A stretch of 64,000 nt of DNA, from positions 163,928,001 through 163,992,000 of the forward strand of contig JBITNC010000001.1 in NCBI GenBank assembly GCA_050084985.1, written 5' to 3'. Positions 63,709-64,000 of this stretch are shown in pieces (the stretch's first letter is position 1; every line of letters begins with the position of its first letter). The position numbers and the translations under genes were made by a program. Below the pieces are notes generated by a model. The model worked only from the letters and a program-made list of their open reading frames with translations. It did no database searches and had not been told where the DNA came from. This DNA comes from Nageia nagi (lineage: Eukaryota; Plantae; Pinophyta).

Positions 63709-63960
63709 CTTATATGTTCGTAAGATACAAGTAGCAGCCCCCCTTTGAGAATTGCAAGCAGTATGGGTATACGTTATTTAAGTGATTTCTTTGAATTAAT
63801 TGCTATCTATTCGTTTACCAGGGTTCTCTATTTATTTCACCATGATTGTATGGGAGTCGTTTGTTTTATTGCTACCAAACTAATAACCCCAGCCCTAAAC
63901 ATTTTGCATATCTAATGTCAAAAGTTCATGTTTTCTGAAATGATAGTTGTGTGTCTGCAG

Positions 63961-64000
63961 ATGGGAGCGACTAGGCGATATGGCAGTGCTACCAATGAAT
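63961..64000 (+). CDS. TYW2/3/4: TYW2/3/4 exon 6, partial (TYW2 domain)
   Basis: Acceptor TCTGCAG|. CG+A completes Arg, then WERLGDMAVLPMN gives the typical ELP.(R/K)WERLGD motif. Confidence 0.88.
   Translation, partial: MGATRRYGSATNE

Larger units (their letters stand above)
22269..64000 (+). other. TYW2/3/4: tRNA wybutosine-synthesizing protein 2/3/4 gene span (TYW3-kelch/TYW4-TYW2 fusion). The 3' end lies beyond the window.
   Basis: Six exons joined by GT-AG introns with matching phases (1,0,1,2,2). Introns: 22669-24455, 24647-45626, 46051-46435, 46836-47424, 48764-63960. Confidence 0.9.

Overview
AT-rich, repeat-dense plant nuclear DNA. The TE families and 15-21 kb introns suggest a gymnosperm/conifer, which is an inference. 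The window holds one host gene, the plant tRNA wybutosine-synthesis fusion TYW3-TYW4(kelch)-TYW2, on the + strand. It starts at 22269, has six visible coding exons and continues past the window end. Introns 2 (about 21 kb) and 5 (about 15 kb) are packed with nested TEs: hAT relics, L1 and RTE-X/L2-like LINE fragments, solo LTRs, two short-LTR non-autonomous elements, and a Gypsy-like relic with an orphan ORF and a hairpin array. Upstream lie a near-complete Ty1/Copia element (5' LTR outside the window), a cluster of related LTR/3'UTR copies, MITE-like inverted repeats, solo LTRs and an L1 that ends about 190 bp before the TYW ATG. Four observations stand out. (1) One extra T creates a GUU-UUU-U Phe slippery site that frameshifts the TYW gene itself. 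This is either an assembly error or a candidate wybutosine-sensing frameshift. (2) The Copia 3'UTR carries five hairpins with compensatory base changes, each masking a GTRAGT splice-donor motif. (3) The Copia leader is heavily base-paired and probably intronic. (4) About 13 palindromic units with variable spacers lie upstream of the orphan retroelement ORF.
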